From Ministeria vibrans ATCC 50519 (lineage: Eukaryota; Protista; Filasterea): a stretch of 58,157 nucleotides of DNA. Positions 23,993 through 35,719 of this stretch are shown here, piece after piece; position 1 is the stretch's first letter; each line of letters starts with the position of its first letter. The notes beneath the pieces are model-generated. The model searched no databases. It was not told where the DNA came from and saw only the letters and a list, made by a program, of their open reading frames with translations. The position numbers were made by a program, and so were the translations under genes. The stretch spans positions 1 to 58,157 of the forward strand of contig CALSCP010001726.1 in the NCBI GenBank assembly GCA_943704425.1, in the 5' to 3' direction.

Positions 23993-26889
23993 TTACATGA
24001 TGAGTTTAATGTCATTGGGTGAACGACGCATTGTCGCTGCAGGATCGGTCACAAGCACAGCATTGTAGGCGGTCTCATAGGCGACACAAACACCCTCAAT
24101 GGCGGCCTCACGCACGGCAGTGCGAGCACGCGTTGACAGAAGGCGGTCGAGCACTGGCATGACCACACGCACCCATTCATCGGTCCCTGTAAAGACACTC
24201 TCGAGACGCACAGAGGCCGCATCGACTGCTGTTGCATCCCACTGCTTCTGCGCGTCCAGGAGCAGTCCACAGCGCTTCAGTACAGCCTGTGTGAGCTGCG
24301 TAACCAGTGCTGTGCGGTGTTTTGTGCTCTCCAGTTCCAACTGGGACAGTCGCTCGGCAGTAAACTCGTACAAACTCAATGTGGTCTGAAAAGTGCAAAG
24401 CTGGTTAAAAGAGACACGCAGAGAAATTAGTTTGCCACCTCAATAGTGTAGAGACAGTTGACGGTAAAGACGGCAGCAGAGTCGGAAGAGAGGTCACTCG
24501 CAGCCATGGCGCACGCGTGCATAAGAGGGTCCACGGTGCACCGGAGCACACGTGTGAATGCCTAAGTGTACGTGAGTGCATATGAGTATAGGTTGGGTGA
24601 GATGTGCGTCTGTATGTTGGTGTGTTTGTTTTATCGGGTGATTATCATTGAGAGTCAAAGTAATTATTGTGTTACTTCTTCTGTTATATCTGCGTTGACG
24701 AGTGATGAGTCGTGTGATGAAAGAATGTCACGCTAAGAAAAAAGGCAAAAGAGTGTAAAAGGAGAGTAGCAAGCGACAGGAACATACGAGAATGGCAATG
24801 GTGGACGAAAAGGCAGGCGGAGGAAGAAGATCTGGTCCACACGGCTAAGAATAGAGCAGAGATACAAGAGTGAGAAAAAACAAAGTGATAAAGAAGGGAG
24901 AAAGCGAAAGAGACACAAGAGTGTGTGTGTGCGTGTCATTTCAGAAGAAATTGAGCGTGACCGTGATTTTTTTTTTACCTCGAGTTGATTGACCAGTTTT
25001 GCCGCATTTGCTTCGAGACCATCATAGAAAGTCTTTAAAGCCAGTTCTCTCATTCTATATCGCCACAATCAGTTTAATCTCTCATTCAATCTCATTGTGT
25101 CTCTTATACTGTTCAATTGTCTCCACCAACAGGCTCTCTTCACTGAGCAGTGGACGAATCGTACTGTTCCCATAGAACTGTAGCAGTGCACTCAGTCGGT
25201 AACACACAACAGAACCCGGTTCGTTCAACAGAATCCCTTCAAACCGAGACTGAAATACACATATACACAGTTTGAGTATGGCAAAGCTTGAGGGAATAGA
25301 TCTACTGTGTGCGTGTGGTACTTTGAGTAGCTTTGCAGCGGAGTCGAGCACTCCAGAGAGAAGAGAGCGGATTTTAGCATCACGTTCACGAGACGGGTCA
25401 GACTCACTCTGAAACACATACAAAGAGCAATGTTAGTCCAATATTGAGAGATGGAGAAAAAGGAAGAAGAAAAAGCAAAGTGGTAGAGAGAAGGGAGAAA
25501 CAAATAATAGAGAGATGAGGAAGAAAGAATCAAAGTGATGAGGAGAGGAGAGAGAAGAAACAAGGTGAAAAGTGAAGATTGCGTACGGTTTGAGAGTGAG
25601 AGAAGCGTCTGGATTCCATTTGGTCTGTCTCAGTGTCATCAGCATCGTCCACAGCCATGCTTATACTTTGCTTGGAAGTAGCAGCAGCAGATGCGGTTGG
25701 AGGAGGAATAAGGCGAGAGAAGAGCTCACGTTCGCCGGCAAGGGTCTGGTGAAGCCATGCGGTCATGTCCGAGGTGTAGCGCAAGGGATCGTGTGCCTGT
25801 AGCTCAATGGGACGCGCGTTGGAGGACAGCGTGCCCGTAAGTGCATCGTTGAAGCACCGCCGTATACTCTCACGGCGCGCTGTCTGTGCCTGTATATATA
25901 TGTGTGTCGTGTGAGTGGCTGTAAGAACACGACGAGGGCAATACCTCTTGAAGACAATAGCTGGCGAGCAAAGGACGGTCCTGCAGTGCCACCAGTGCCT
26001 GCCGCAGCAGCGGAGACACGGACGGCATTTCTCCAAGGAGGCGCTGGCACTGTGCTCGCGCGTACCGATAAATTTTCATGCATCCACTCTCAATGTGTGA
26101 TGCCTACACTCGAAGGCACGGTGCCAAAGTGAGACGATTCGTTGCACAATCGCTTAGTTCCTACCATTGCTTCCATGATTTCAAGGCCTGTTTTCTGTGC
26201 GCGCGTGGGAAGGAGCGATCGGCAGTCGCGGTGGATCTCACGAGCCCGTTGAAGAGCAGCGAAGGTGGCGGCAGACACATTGGGAATGGCGGTGCTGCTG
26301 TCGGTGTCAGTGTCGTCGTTGCGTTCGTCGGCCAACTCGACGAGCTGCTCGGGCGTCAGCTGGAAGCGGTCGACAAAGGACTTGGCTGCAGCCTGCTTGG
26401 CGCTGAGCACGCGGCTCTCTTGGCGAAGTGCACCGGCGCGCACCACAATGTTGTCGGTGGCCGCCTTGACCGTGTTGAGCTGGACGCGCATTGCGTCGCA
26501 TCCGCGTCCCATGCTCTCAATGTCGTCCGCGACACGGTCCACGGCCCCCTTGACGCGCTCCAGCTCGGCAAGAAGCTCTTCGTTGGCGCGCTGCAGCCGT
26601 CGTTCCATGTCGCCGCTGAGAGGGGAGAGACAACACACAGACGACTCTTGAGCGCCGCTTCTCCTGCAAATGAGAGCGCCACGCCATGTCCTCACCGCAG
26701 ATTTCGTCGTGCACGCAGCGTATTCTCGGGCATGCTGCTGCTGAGGGACCGGAGGGCCTCGACAAGGTCGCGATCGCTCTGGTCCAGTCGCAAACTCAGC
26801 ACTTTCTCCAGTTTCTTTGCGATCGCCGACTTGGCCGTCGACACGGGCACCGACGGCGTGCCTGTCGACGCAGACGTGGCGGTGGCCAT
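23993..26889 (-). CDS. COG6: Conserved oligomeric Golgi complex subunit 6, multi-exon
   Basis: KKLEKVLSLRLD..DLVEALRSLS...ENTLRARRNLRGDMERR, FQLTPEQL, FNDALT...ARPIELQAHDPLRYTSDMTAWLHQTLAGERE, LLQFY. Confidence 0.92.
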
Positions 26890-27348
26890 CGGCACAAGAG
26901 ACAAAGGGAGACAAAGAGAGAAAAGGCTTTTATTTAGAAAAGCGGAGTTGACTGTTGATCTGGAGTTGATCTGAAGGTTTTTTCATTTTCAACTTTTTTC
27001 AAATTTCAAATTTCATTATTATTTGTTCTCTAACAAGTCAGTCTCTACACTAAGCACAAATTACACTCGTCAATGACATATACCAGTTCTCGTAAGAGGC
27101 ATCGTTATTATTAATTTATGGCTATTTTGGGTTTGTTGTTTTGGAGCGTTAGTGCCAATTCTGTTCGGCTGCTGCATGTCTAGTTGTGAAATTGTCATTT
27201 GGCACTCCGCACTTGGCAGGCCGCCATGATCCTTGTGGCGTGAATTATGTTAGGTTTTGTCTTTTTTTATTTTTCCGCTCGTTTTTTATCATTAATATAT
27301 TATTGTATTCTTATAATTCTTATCTTCTTCGATTGATTTTTTCTGTAG

Positions 27349-27735
27349 TGACACCTCCTGAGAGGGTTGTGCTTGAGCTCGCTGGTCGAAACGAGGCTCT
27401 GGCTGTCTGCTGGAAGCAGGTGTTGCAGGACCTCGACATTTGTCTTGAGACGTTTTTCTTGGATGATGAGACGATGAAGGAGGCGATCGGCCGTCTGCGC
27501 AAGGCCAGCCACGGTGTCTTGGCGGATCGCTTGGATCGCTGGGCGCGTGTGCAGCGCCATGTGAAGCCCGTGGTGGATCTCCTGGAGGCGCGACGTGAGG
27601 CCTTCGAAGAGTGCGTCTCCGCTCAGCTGGAGGAGTGCTTGGCATGGCAGACGGGCAACTGGCAGTCTGTGGCAGGCAACCCGCACGACCTCAACTCCAT
27701 CCTGCAGTTTACGCTGCAGAGCACTCCCTCCGGTG
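27349..27735 (+). CDS. Hypothetical protein fragment, interrupted by an N gap
   Basis: An AG acceptor at ~27348 is followed by a GC-rich open frame (TPPERVVLELAGRNEALAVCWKQVLQDLDICLETFF...) that runs into the gap at 27736. No family recognised. Confidence 0.5.
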
Positions 27736-28103
27736 NNNNNNNAACCTTCGCGAAAAAAAAAAAAAAAAAAAAGATGGTACGTCTTTCTGGTGTGATTGCA
27801 GCTGCCGTGCGAGGCGAAAAGGACTGCTCATAGGTGAAAGCAAAAAATAAGAATAAAAAGAAAGAGGCAAGAAAAAAGTGACCAAGTGAGATAATGATTG
27901 TGGTTTATCTGTCCTGGAAGTTCAATTATGCCGTTGGGCGTTAATGTCACAATGTGCTGCCTTGCCACAGCCTTGGAGTTTAGACTCACTCACTCGTCCA
28001 TTTGGCAGCTGGCAGTGACTATTTTATTTATTTAACTAATAATTTTCAATTTACGAATTGGAATGTTTAACAGTTATATTTCTGTTCGCGTCTGCTACTC
28101 TGC

Positions 28104-28569
28104 TCAACAGAGATGACGGTGGTGAATGGAGCGCTTGCTTTCGTTGGCCAGACACACACGCAAAAGGATGGATTGCCACGAACAAAAAGCGCGCAATTCT
28201 TTGCCCGCAAATATGCGCACTCGTGTGTGGCAGGCGGCAAACTCGTGCGGAAGTGAATCCGTCACAATGTTGCCGTACAGCCCCGGATTAGAGTCAACCA
28301 GTAACGTCTGAAGTCGGGGCATTTTGAAGAAGGCAGGGTCGAGGGGGCCCGAGAGTCTGTTGTCTTGCAACTGAAGCGTCTCGAGCAGTGGAAGGGTCGC
28401 GAGGGAGCGAGGAATGGTGCCGGTGAAGCGGTTGTTGTACAAGTCTAAAGCTCGCAGTTTGCGCCAGTGGGTCCCGATCCAGTCGGGAATGGAGCCACTA
28501 AAACCATTTGCATCTGCAAAATAATAGAAGAACATTTCCAAATTAATTATTCATTATCAATCAATAAAA

Positions 28570-28609
<40 letters not shown>

Positions 28610-30181
28610 GATTGTTAAGTGCGTGTGTGCTTACCAACCCAGAATTTTTGCATGTTGGAGAGATTTTTGAACGAGTCGGGAATGTGACCACTGATGGCTG
28701 AGCTTGGACACACGAAGGAGAAGATGTCCTCCGTCACTGAAACAAGCAAGAGGTTGTAGAAGTGAGTATGAAATGCAAAATATTTGCTTTTGAATACACT
28801 TACGCCAGCGAGCTCTGGCCTTGTAGGAAAAATCGCAGTCCGAGTACTTTTTGGTGAATTGCATGCCGTTCTCAAAGGCAACAAACACCTACATGGAGAA
28901 AAAAATAAAAAGATTAAAATAATAATTTTTTTTCTTTTACTGTTTTCATTTTCTCACCTTGAGCTGACGAAGATTGCCAAAGTTGTCGGGCAGGAGACCC
29001 GGCAGGTGCGTTCCAACCATGTGGAGATATTCAAGGGAATGGAGAGACTCGCCAATGCACTGGGGTGCGTGGTAGGTGTGGAAGATGGGAGCAGAAATGC
29101 GAAGAGCGCGCAAGTTTTTGAGGGAGCAAATGCTGTTGAAGAATGCGGGAGTGGCGTCAAGTTGAAGGGGTACATCGCCCTCATAGCCATTTGACATGCA
29201 CAGAAAGAGAAGGGAAGGGAGGCCGTGGACGGCCTTGGCGAGCGCCGAAAGGGCAGTTGGTGTTTGCAGGGAGATGAAGAGAGTGTGAAGATGCTGCAGC
29301 TGGTTGATGTGTGGGGGGAGAACAAAAGAGAAGGGGGAAATATAAAGGCAGAGGACACGCAGATGCGTCATTTGACCAACGGAACGGGGCACGACAACGG
29401 TGTTTTTCGTGCGGCGGGTGTTGTGGAAAGTAAAGGCAATGACCGTGATTCGCCTGAATTCCTCCTCAGCATCCATTTCGCAGCGTGCATAGGCGCACGG
29501 GTTGGTGTACATGGCGCGCGAGCGATGGTTTATCGGGTGAGTGGCGTCGTCGATGGCTCTGAGTAGATCGGTCCAGGCCTTCAAGTCGGCAGGGTGGACG
29601 GGCAGGTCCATTCTGTCTCCTGCACGCGTGTAATTTGCACCAGGCATGCGCAGCTGGTAGGATGGCATGAGCCAGTAGAGGTTGTTGGCGAACTTGTTGT
29701 GGTGCTTGATGGGGAGTGCCTTGTGCTTGAACTTGTTCCAATTGTTGTCCTCCAGATGGTCGTAGCGTTCCATCAGGCTGTCGACGACGTCTATTGTTTC
29801 CGTTCCTTGGATATGATTTTTGCGAAAGCGGGATCGGGATGGAGGCCTACATGGGGACAAGGGAAAGAAAAGGTTCAAGAGGGAAAACAAGAGAGAAGCA
29901 GAGCAACTCCCACTGCAAACTTACAAGCAGTGACCGCGAAGAGGAATATTCGGTCTTTGGTGCAGAGCGAGGGAAAGACACTCAAACGTTGTCGAATTGC
30001 CGCACTCAGTTGCGATGTAGTTTTGCAAGAAGCCAAGGTGACTGAAGGTCTTTGAGAAGGCGTGGTAGGGTTCAGGGGCGAGTAGGCGTTTCTCAAGAAG
30101 AACCCGCAGGTTTTCAGTTTGGCCACTTGCAGAGTGAAGCAGCACGAGCAAGAAGAGACCCACCGGCCCGCAAGCAACCAT
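28104..30181 (-). CDS. Secreted leucine-rich repeat protein (plant-type LxxLxLxxNxF/LxGxIP repeats), about 5 exons
   Basis: Signal-peptide-like MVACGPVGLFLLVLLHSASG. LRRs include LRALDLYNNRFTGTIPRSL, LETLQLQDNRLSGPLD and ISGHIPDSFKNLSNM. No TM or kinase domain seen. Confidence 0.75.
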
Positions 30182-30370
30182 TGTCACTCGTCGGTTGACC
30201 AGAGGCGGAGGAAGAGAGCGAACAGGGAGTGTAAAAAATAAATCTGACAATTCACAAAATAATATATATTAAGGTCTATGTGCCCGGGATGGAGTCAAGT
30301 CGACACGAAAAAATCCAACCGCAACGCTTATCTCTTTTTTTTTTTTTTTTTTTTTTGGTCACNNNNNNNN

Positions 30371-30525
30371 TCTCTCTATCACTTTGTTTCTTTCTCCTCT
30401 CTCTCTATCACTTTGTTTCTTTCTCCTCTCTCTCTATCACTTTGTTTCTTTCTCCTCTCTCTCTCTATCACTTTGTTTCTTTCTCCTCTCTCTATTATTT
30501 TGTTTCTTTCTCCTCTCTCTATCTA
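30371..30525 (+). repeat. ATCACTTTG-family minisatellite next to an N gap
   Basis: Same unit as 5580-6115. Confidence 0.9.
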
Positions 30526-30587
30526 ATTCAAAGGTTGTGCATGAAGGCTCCATGAAAGAATACGATCTTTGTGATGGTGTGTATTCT

Positions 30588-32109
30588 TCAAGTGAAGTGG
30601 ATTGTGACAGAAGTCGCATTGGCAATGGAGACACTCTCATTGCAAAGATGGTATTGCGACGGCTTTGGGTTGGCAATCCACTGAGGAGTGACGGGCGCAG
30701 ACTGAGTACTGAGGGACAACTGGGTGAAGACGGACGGAAGAGTCGGATAGGTCTTGCACGAAGAGCAGCCATAGCCTAAAGAAAAAAGTGTGTGAGAGAC
30801 AGCGAGAGAAAGAATAAATTAGTGATAAGAGGGAGAGAAAGAAGGAAGAAAAAAAAACACACACACACAAAGTGATAGAAAGAGAATATTTACATTCGAG
30901 AGTGTTGTACGCCCACGGTTGCTCCGTGAGTCGCTTGTTGTGTGCGTTGGTCACGGTTGTTTCTCCTGTGCGCACCACCGTGCTTCCAATGTAGTACGAT
31001 TCCGGTCCAGTGCGTGTCATGTTCCCAAAAATCTATGTGAGCGCACAATGATACAATGATGAGCCTCTCTCTCTTTCATAGTGATTTTTTGAACGGGTGG
31101 TTACCGAGTCACCAGGAACACAGTCCACGAGATCCGACGAAAGAGCTCCGGCCGCCAGAGTGACGTACCACGAGCGAACTCCCCATTCGCCGCGTTTACC
31201 CGGATACTAAGTTGAAAAAAAAAGAAGCGGGAGGTTTCAAGTTGTATTGAGTGTGTTTGTGTTTAGATAGAGTGCTTATGATGCATGTGCTCAGTGTATG
31301 TGTGTTTTGTGCGTTTGAACCTGCAGAACCGGCTGGATGATATCAAAGTCGGTGCGAGGTTCCGGATCGACCACTGGGATCCAGTCGATGTTCTAGAAGA
31401 ATACAATGACGATGAAATAATTATAATTATTAGTTTTGATGTGTTGAGGACCTGAAGTCCAGTAAAAAGGTAGAGAACTTCGGGGGACTCCTTGGGGCGA
31501 TCGGGGACAGAAAAGTAGCCGAGAAAGGAGACGAGATCCTCGGTGTGATGGTAGGCAGTGTACTCGGTCCAGCCGCTAAGACACAAGGGACACCATCAGA
31601 CGACACACAGACATCGCCTGCGTCTACACATAGGTTACACATAGGTCTCGGGAGCGACGACGGTACGCGCGCGAGTGCGCTGGTCCGTCACATTGGCACG
31701 ATGGAACAGAGGGCGGCCGGCGGGCTCGCACAGGGGCAACCGGTATGCTGAGCCGTCCTGAGACACACACACACACACACACAGAGAGAGAGAGACAGAC
31801 ACACACACACACACACAAAAGTGAGTGACACGGTTGAAAATGGGAAGCGCATTGGGGCCTGACCAGGCGTGTAATGAGAATGTGATCACTTCGTTCCATC
31901 ACGGTGGCGCCTAATCGTCGACGATAGGGTCAGTTGGAGAGAGAGAGTTTGAGTGTGATGAGAGAATCACAGACAAAGAGACCGGAAGGAATGGAACGAA
32001 CGCACTCGGACAGCATGTAGCCATTGGGGGTCGGCGAGTAGCCTTCGGGGGCTGCAAGAGCAGTCGCGACAACACACGCGAGGGCGATGAGGAGTGTAGA
32101 GCGAGACAT
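30588..32109 (-). CDS. Secreted protein with peptidase G1 (eqolisin)-like fold, about 8 exons
   Basis: Signal peptide MSRSTLLIALACVVATALA; propeptide-like TPNGYMLSECVRSIPSG; then GWTEY...FSVP...LYLFTGLQ...FDIIQPVLQ...WGVRSWYV...PGDSIFGNM...AYNTLECYG...VFTQL. The motif order parallels G1 peptidases. Confidence 0.65.
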
Positions 32110-32181
32110 GTCACAAAATTAGTATTATTTTGATTAGGAAATGAAACGGAAAATAGAAAAAATATTATTAATTTATTTGAT

Positions 32182-32431
32182 ATGGACTCGCGAAAAGGGC
32201 CGCAGTATCGCTCCTCGAACCAGGATGTCCGAATAGTTCTTGTTGGAGACAGTACGACACAATACAATGTTTGTTCGTTCCACTCAACTGAACTTCTCTC
32301 TCTCTCTCTCTCTTCCTCTCTCTCTCTCTATCTCTCTTGCTCCCCTCTCTCCGTGCCTGCATCGTCCACCAGGCGGCGTCGGCAAGAGCACGCTCATCAT
32401 GTCACTTGTGCGCGAGCAGTTTGTCCCTGAG
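32182..32431 (+). CDS. RHOT1: Mitochondrial Rho GTPase (Miro/Gem1), first two exons only (43 aa)
   Basis: Exons 32182-32251 and 32373-32431 give MDSRKGPQYRSSNQDVRIVLVGDSGVGKSTLIMSLVREQFVPE, matching Miro DVRILLVG..VGKTSLIMSLV.EEF. The rest of the gene was not found. Confidence 0.75.
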
Positions 32432-32641
32432 GTACCGTATTATTTTGCGATCACAGGTCGGTCGACCCGTCGCGATCCGTCATCACTCGACTTCCCCTCC
32501 GCCTGCGCCCACGTGGGCCGCTGTGGGAGTACCAACCATATGGACACACAGGGGGGGGTCTCTGTCTCTTTCTCCACCGTGTGCGGTTGAGTGTGCTCCG
32601 CACAGTATTGAGTCTTTTGCGATTCTCTGCAGTGCAACACA

Positions 32642-32677
<36 letters not shown>

Positions 32678-33698
32678 GGTCACGCGCGACTCCGTTTGCT
32701 TTGCCAATATCACTTAGCAACCTCCCGCAGTGCGTTAAGTCATTTTGAGGTGCCTATTGCTCTGACCGAATACCGATTTTCTTCGGGCAGCGTCATGCAA
32801 CAACAAGACCAAGAATATGCAACATTCTTTATTTGACCTCTCGTATTGCACCCTACCCAGCCTCTCCTGCACGCCACGGATACTGCGGCTACTGCACTGG
32901 CCACTGATACGCTCCCGAAAGTCGACGGTGGGCGGCAAACTCCCACAACGCACAGCGAGTCGTCAACTCGAAGTCAACTGAGTGAGAGTCAGCTCATCCA
33001 CTCTTTCCTATTCGACGACCTGAGAAATTCATCCTATGACCACTTCACCCAACTGTGCCTACCTTGACCACTATATAGTCTGCGCGTTTTGCTATCCCGT
33101 GCTTTTTTATCGTGGCTTTGAGGTGCTCTGCAGGTTGGCGTTGTTAATAGCCCCACAATTTATTTGGCCACCTGGACGTCGTATCAGATCTATCACACCT
33201 TTCTCTATCGAGTGAGAAATACTGAGTATCGGCTATTACCGGTATCACGTGATTCACGTCAGTTGTATTGATCAGGAGGTTTGATTTTTGATGAAAATAA
33301 AAGGACGCTGGCGATCGGGAGTTCGGAGTTTATCTGCACCTTTCTTTTTTTCTATACGGTCAACAAGAAGGACAGCGGCACCTCGAGCTCTCTGGCAGTT
33401 AAAGATAGAAACGTAAAGAAATTGGACAAAAAAGCCGAAAGAGGGGTCAGCTTTCAAGTTTTATGATCAATGTACGAATTTCTCTTTCGATTTATAATAA
33501 ATTTTCTTTTTATTATTAATTTTAAAATAAGAACCATAAAAAATTAGAAGAAGAATACTACCCATTTATTAATGATACAGGATAATAATTATTATTTTTA
33601 TTATTATTATTAATACTAATTTAGTTGTATTAGTATACCTTTGTATTGTCTTTGATTTATTTGTACAGCTTTGAGGTCAAGGAAGAGATACAGCTAAT

Positions 33699-35466
33699 TT
33701 ACAAAAAAGACTCATCGTCATCATCACTATCTTCTAGGGGGTCTGCAGCGCCCAACGCGACCATTGGCAGCGACTCGCCCCTGTTGCCGTCCGCATCATT
33801 TCCCGCACACCCATTGCGAAGTGTACAGTCGTCGTCACCAGGCGCCTGTCGCTCAGCGTCCACGCGACGGTACGGCCCGTGCCAAGAAAATGCCACCAGA
33901 CACGCAACGGCTGCCATGGCAATGAGGAAGTAGAGTCCCCGGTCAAGATTGTCATTGCGCAGTGCGTCCATGACCACAATAAACACAATGCCAAAGACCT
34001 GACCCGACAGCCAGAGAAAACCCGCACTGGTGCCCTCGGGAACGGGGTAGCTACTCTCTACGCCCAACTCCATGCACACCGGAATGATTGCAAACCCACA
34101 CGCGCCAAAGACTGCCAGTGCCACTGCAATCGACGCCATATTGTCACTCTTGTGCGACGCCACTGAAAACCACACCACTGCGAGTGTCGCAGATGGCAAA
34201 AGAATCTTCATCATGGGCGCAAACCGGCCTGTCTTATCCGCAACGGGTCCCGCTACTGCAGCGCCAACGAGTCCTGCGCCAATAATGGCCGCTCCAAGAA
34301 GACCTGCGTCGTCCTAAATCAGAAAAAAAGGGCGAGAGAAGAAAGAGAGAGGAGGGAGAGAAAAGAGAGAGGAGGGAGGGGGAGAAAGAACAAAGTGAAA
34401 CAAAAGTGAATAAACAAAGAAAGGATAGAGAAGCAAAGTAATGCTAAGAAAAAAAGAAAGACGTACTTGGGAGTAGCCGCGTGGAGAGAGAATTTGCTCG
34501 AGAAGAGTAGTAAGGGCGTTGAAAATGCCGACGCCCACGCCAAATGCGATGAAGACGACAAGGAATTGGGGGCTGCGGATAAGTTGGTGCAGGCCGCGCG
34601 TGAAGGGCTCTTCGGGGAGGTTTGCCGAGGCAGATGGTGGTGTTGGGGGGCGGTTTTGGAGAAGGGTGACAGTGAGGATGAGGACGAGGGTCGCTGGGAG
34701 GGCAAACACCCAAAGCATTGTCGCGACGCTCGTTGGGTCGTCGATGGAGACGAAGACGGGCGACAGGCCACTGCCCACGGCAATGCCAAGAGGGTTTGCG
34801 ATGGAGGCAAGCATGTTGGCGGTGGCTCGTTGTCTCTCGCTGAACCACACTGCGGCAAGTTTGGTGGGCGCTGACAGGAAGAACATTTGAGCGAGTGCCG
34901 CGACTGTTTGACCGACAAAGAGCAGAGCAAAGGCGCCGTGAGGCGAGGAGTCGACAAGGAAGGTTGAAAAGAAGCGAATCCAGCCCCCAATGGTATTGAG
35001 AATGGCTCCGACGATGAGAGCGTAGCGTAAGCCCTTAAAAGAGGCAGCACGACGGAGTTTAACCCTACAGCGCCAGTGGAACGAAGACGTACCTTGGCAT
35101 CCAGAGCCCACGTGGCAGCAAACGTCATGGGTATAGACACAACCATGAAGATGAGGCTGAGCCAATTGACGGCCGTGAGGCTGACCTGAGAGGCGAGGGG
35201 GGATGGGGGAAACGGTTATTGTTGACTTATTTTTCGGTTGTGCGCCGTACGTTGAAATATGCTTGTGTGGTGGACGCCACAGGGGCAAACGAAATCCATA
35301 GGATGCCATTTGAGATGTTGAGAAGCGCAAGAAGAGTCAGGTTGCCCCAGCGTCGTCGGTAGGAGCGGTAGACGATGTTGGAGTGCGACGAAGCGACATG
35401 GCCCTCATCGACGCCCGGATCGTACGCGGGGTTGTCGTCGGTGACAGAGAGATCAATGTCTTCCAT
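33699..35466 (-). CDS. MFS transporter, SLC49/FLVCR family (SLC49A3/MFSD7-like)
   Basis: YRRRWGNLTLLALLNISNGILWISFAPV, GQTVAALAQ..PTKLAAVWFSERQRATAN, PPTPPSASA, ELGVESSYPVPEGTSAG. Confidence 0.88.
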
Positions 35467-35719
35467 CACAAAAAGGGAAAAAAAAGGGAAAAAGAAAGGG
35501 TTGTAAAGAACTAGTTTGACTACGACGAGTAATCACTAAAAATTAATAATAAATAAATTATTATTAATAATAATAATAATAATAACAAAAAACATGTTAT
35601 ACTGTCACAGTTTTTTTTTTATTGTCGGTCCACAAACACAAAAGACGACGACAACAACAACACACACAACAAAAACAAAACAAAACAAAAATTCATAACA
35701 GCAGCTGCAAACTGCCAAA

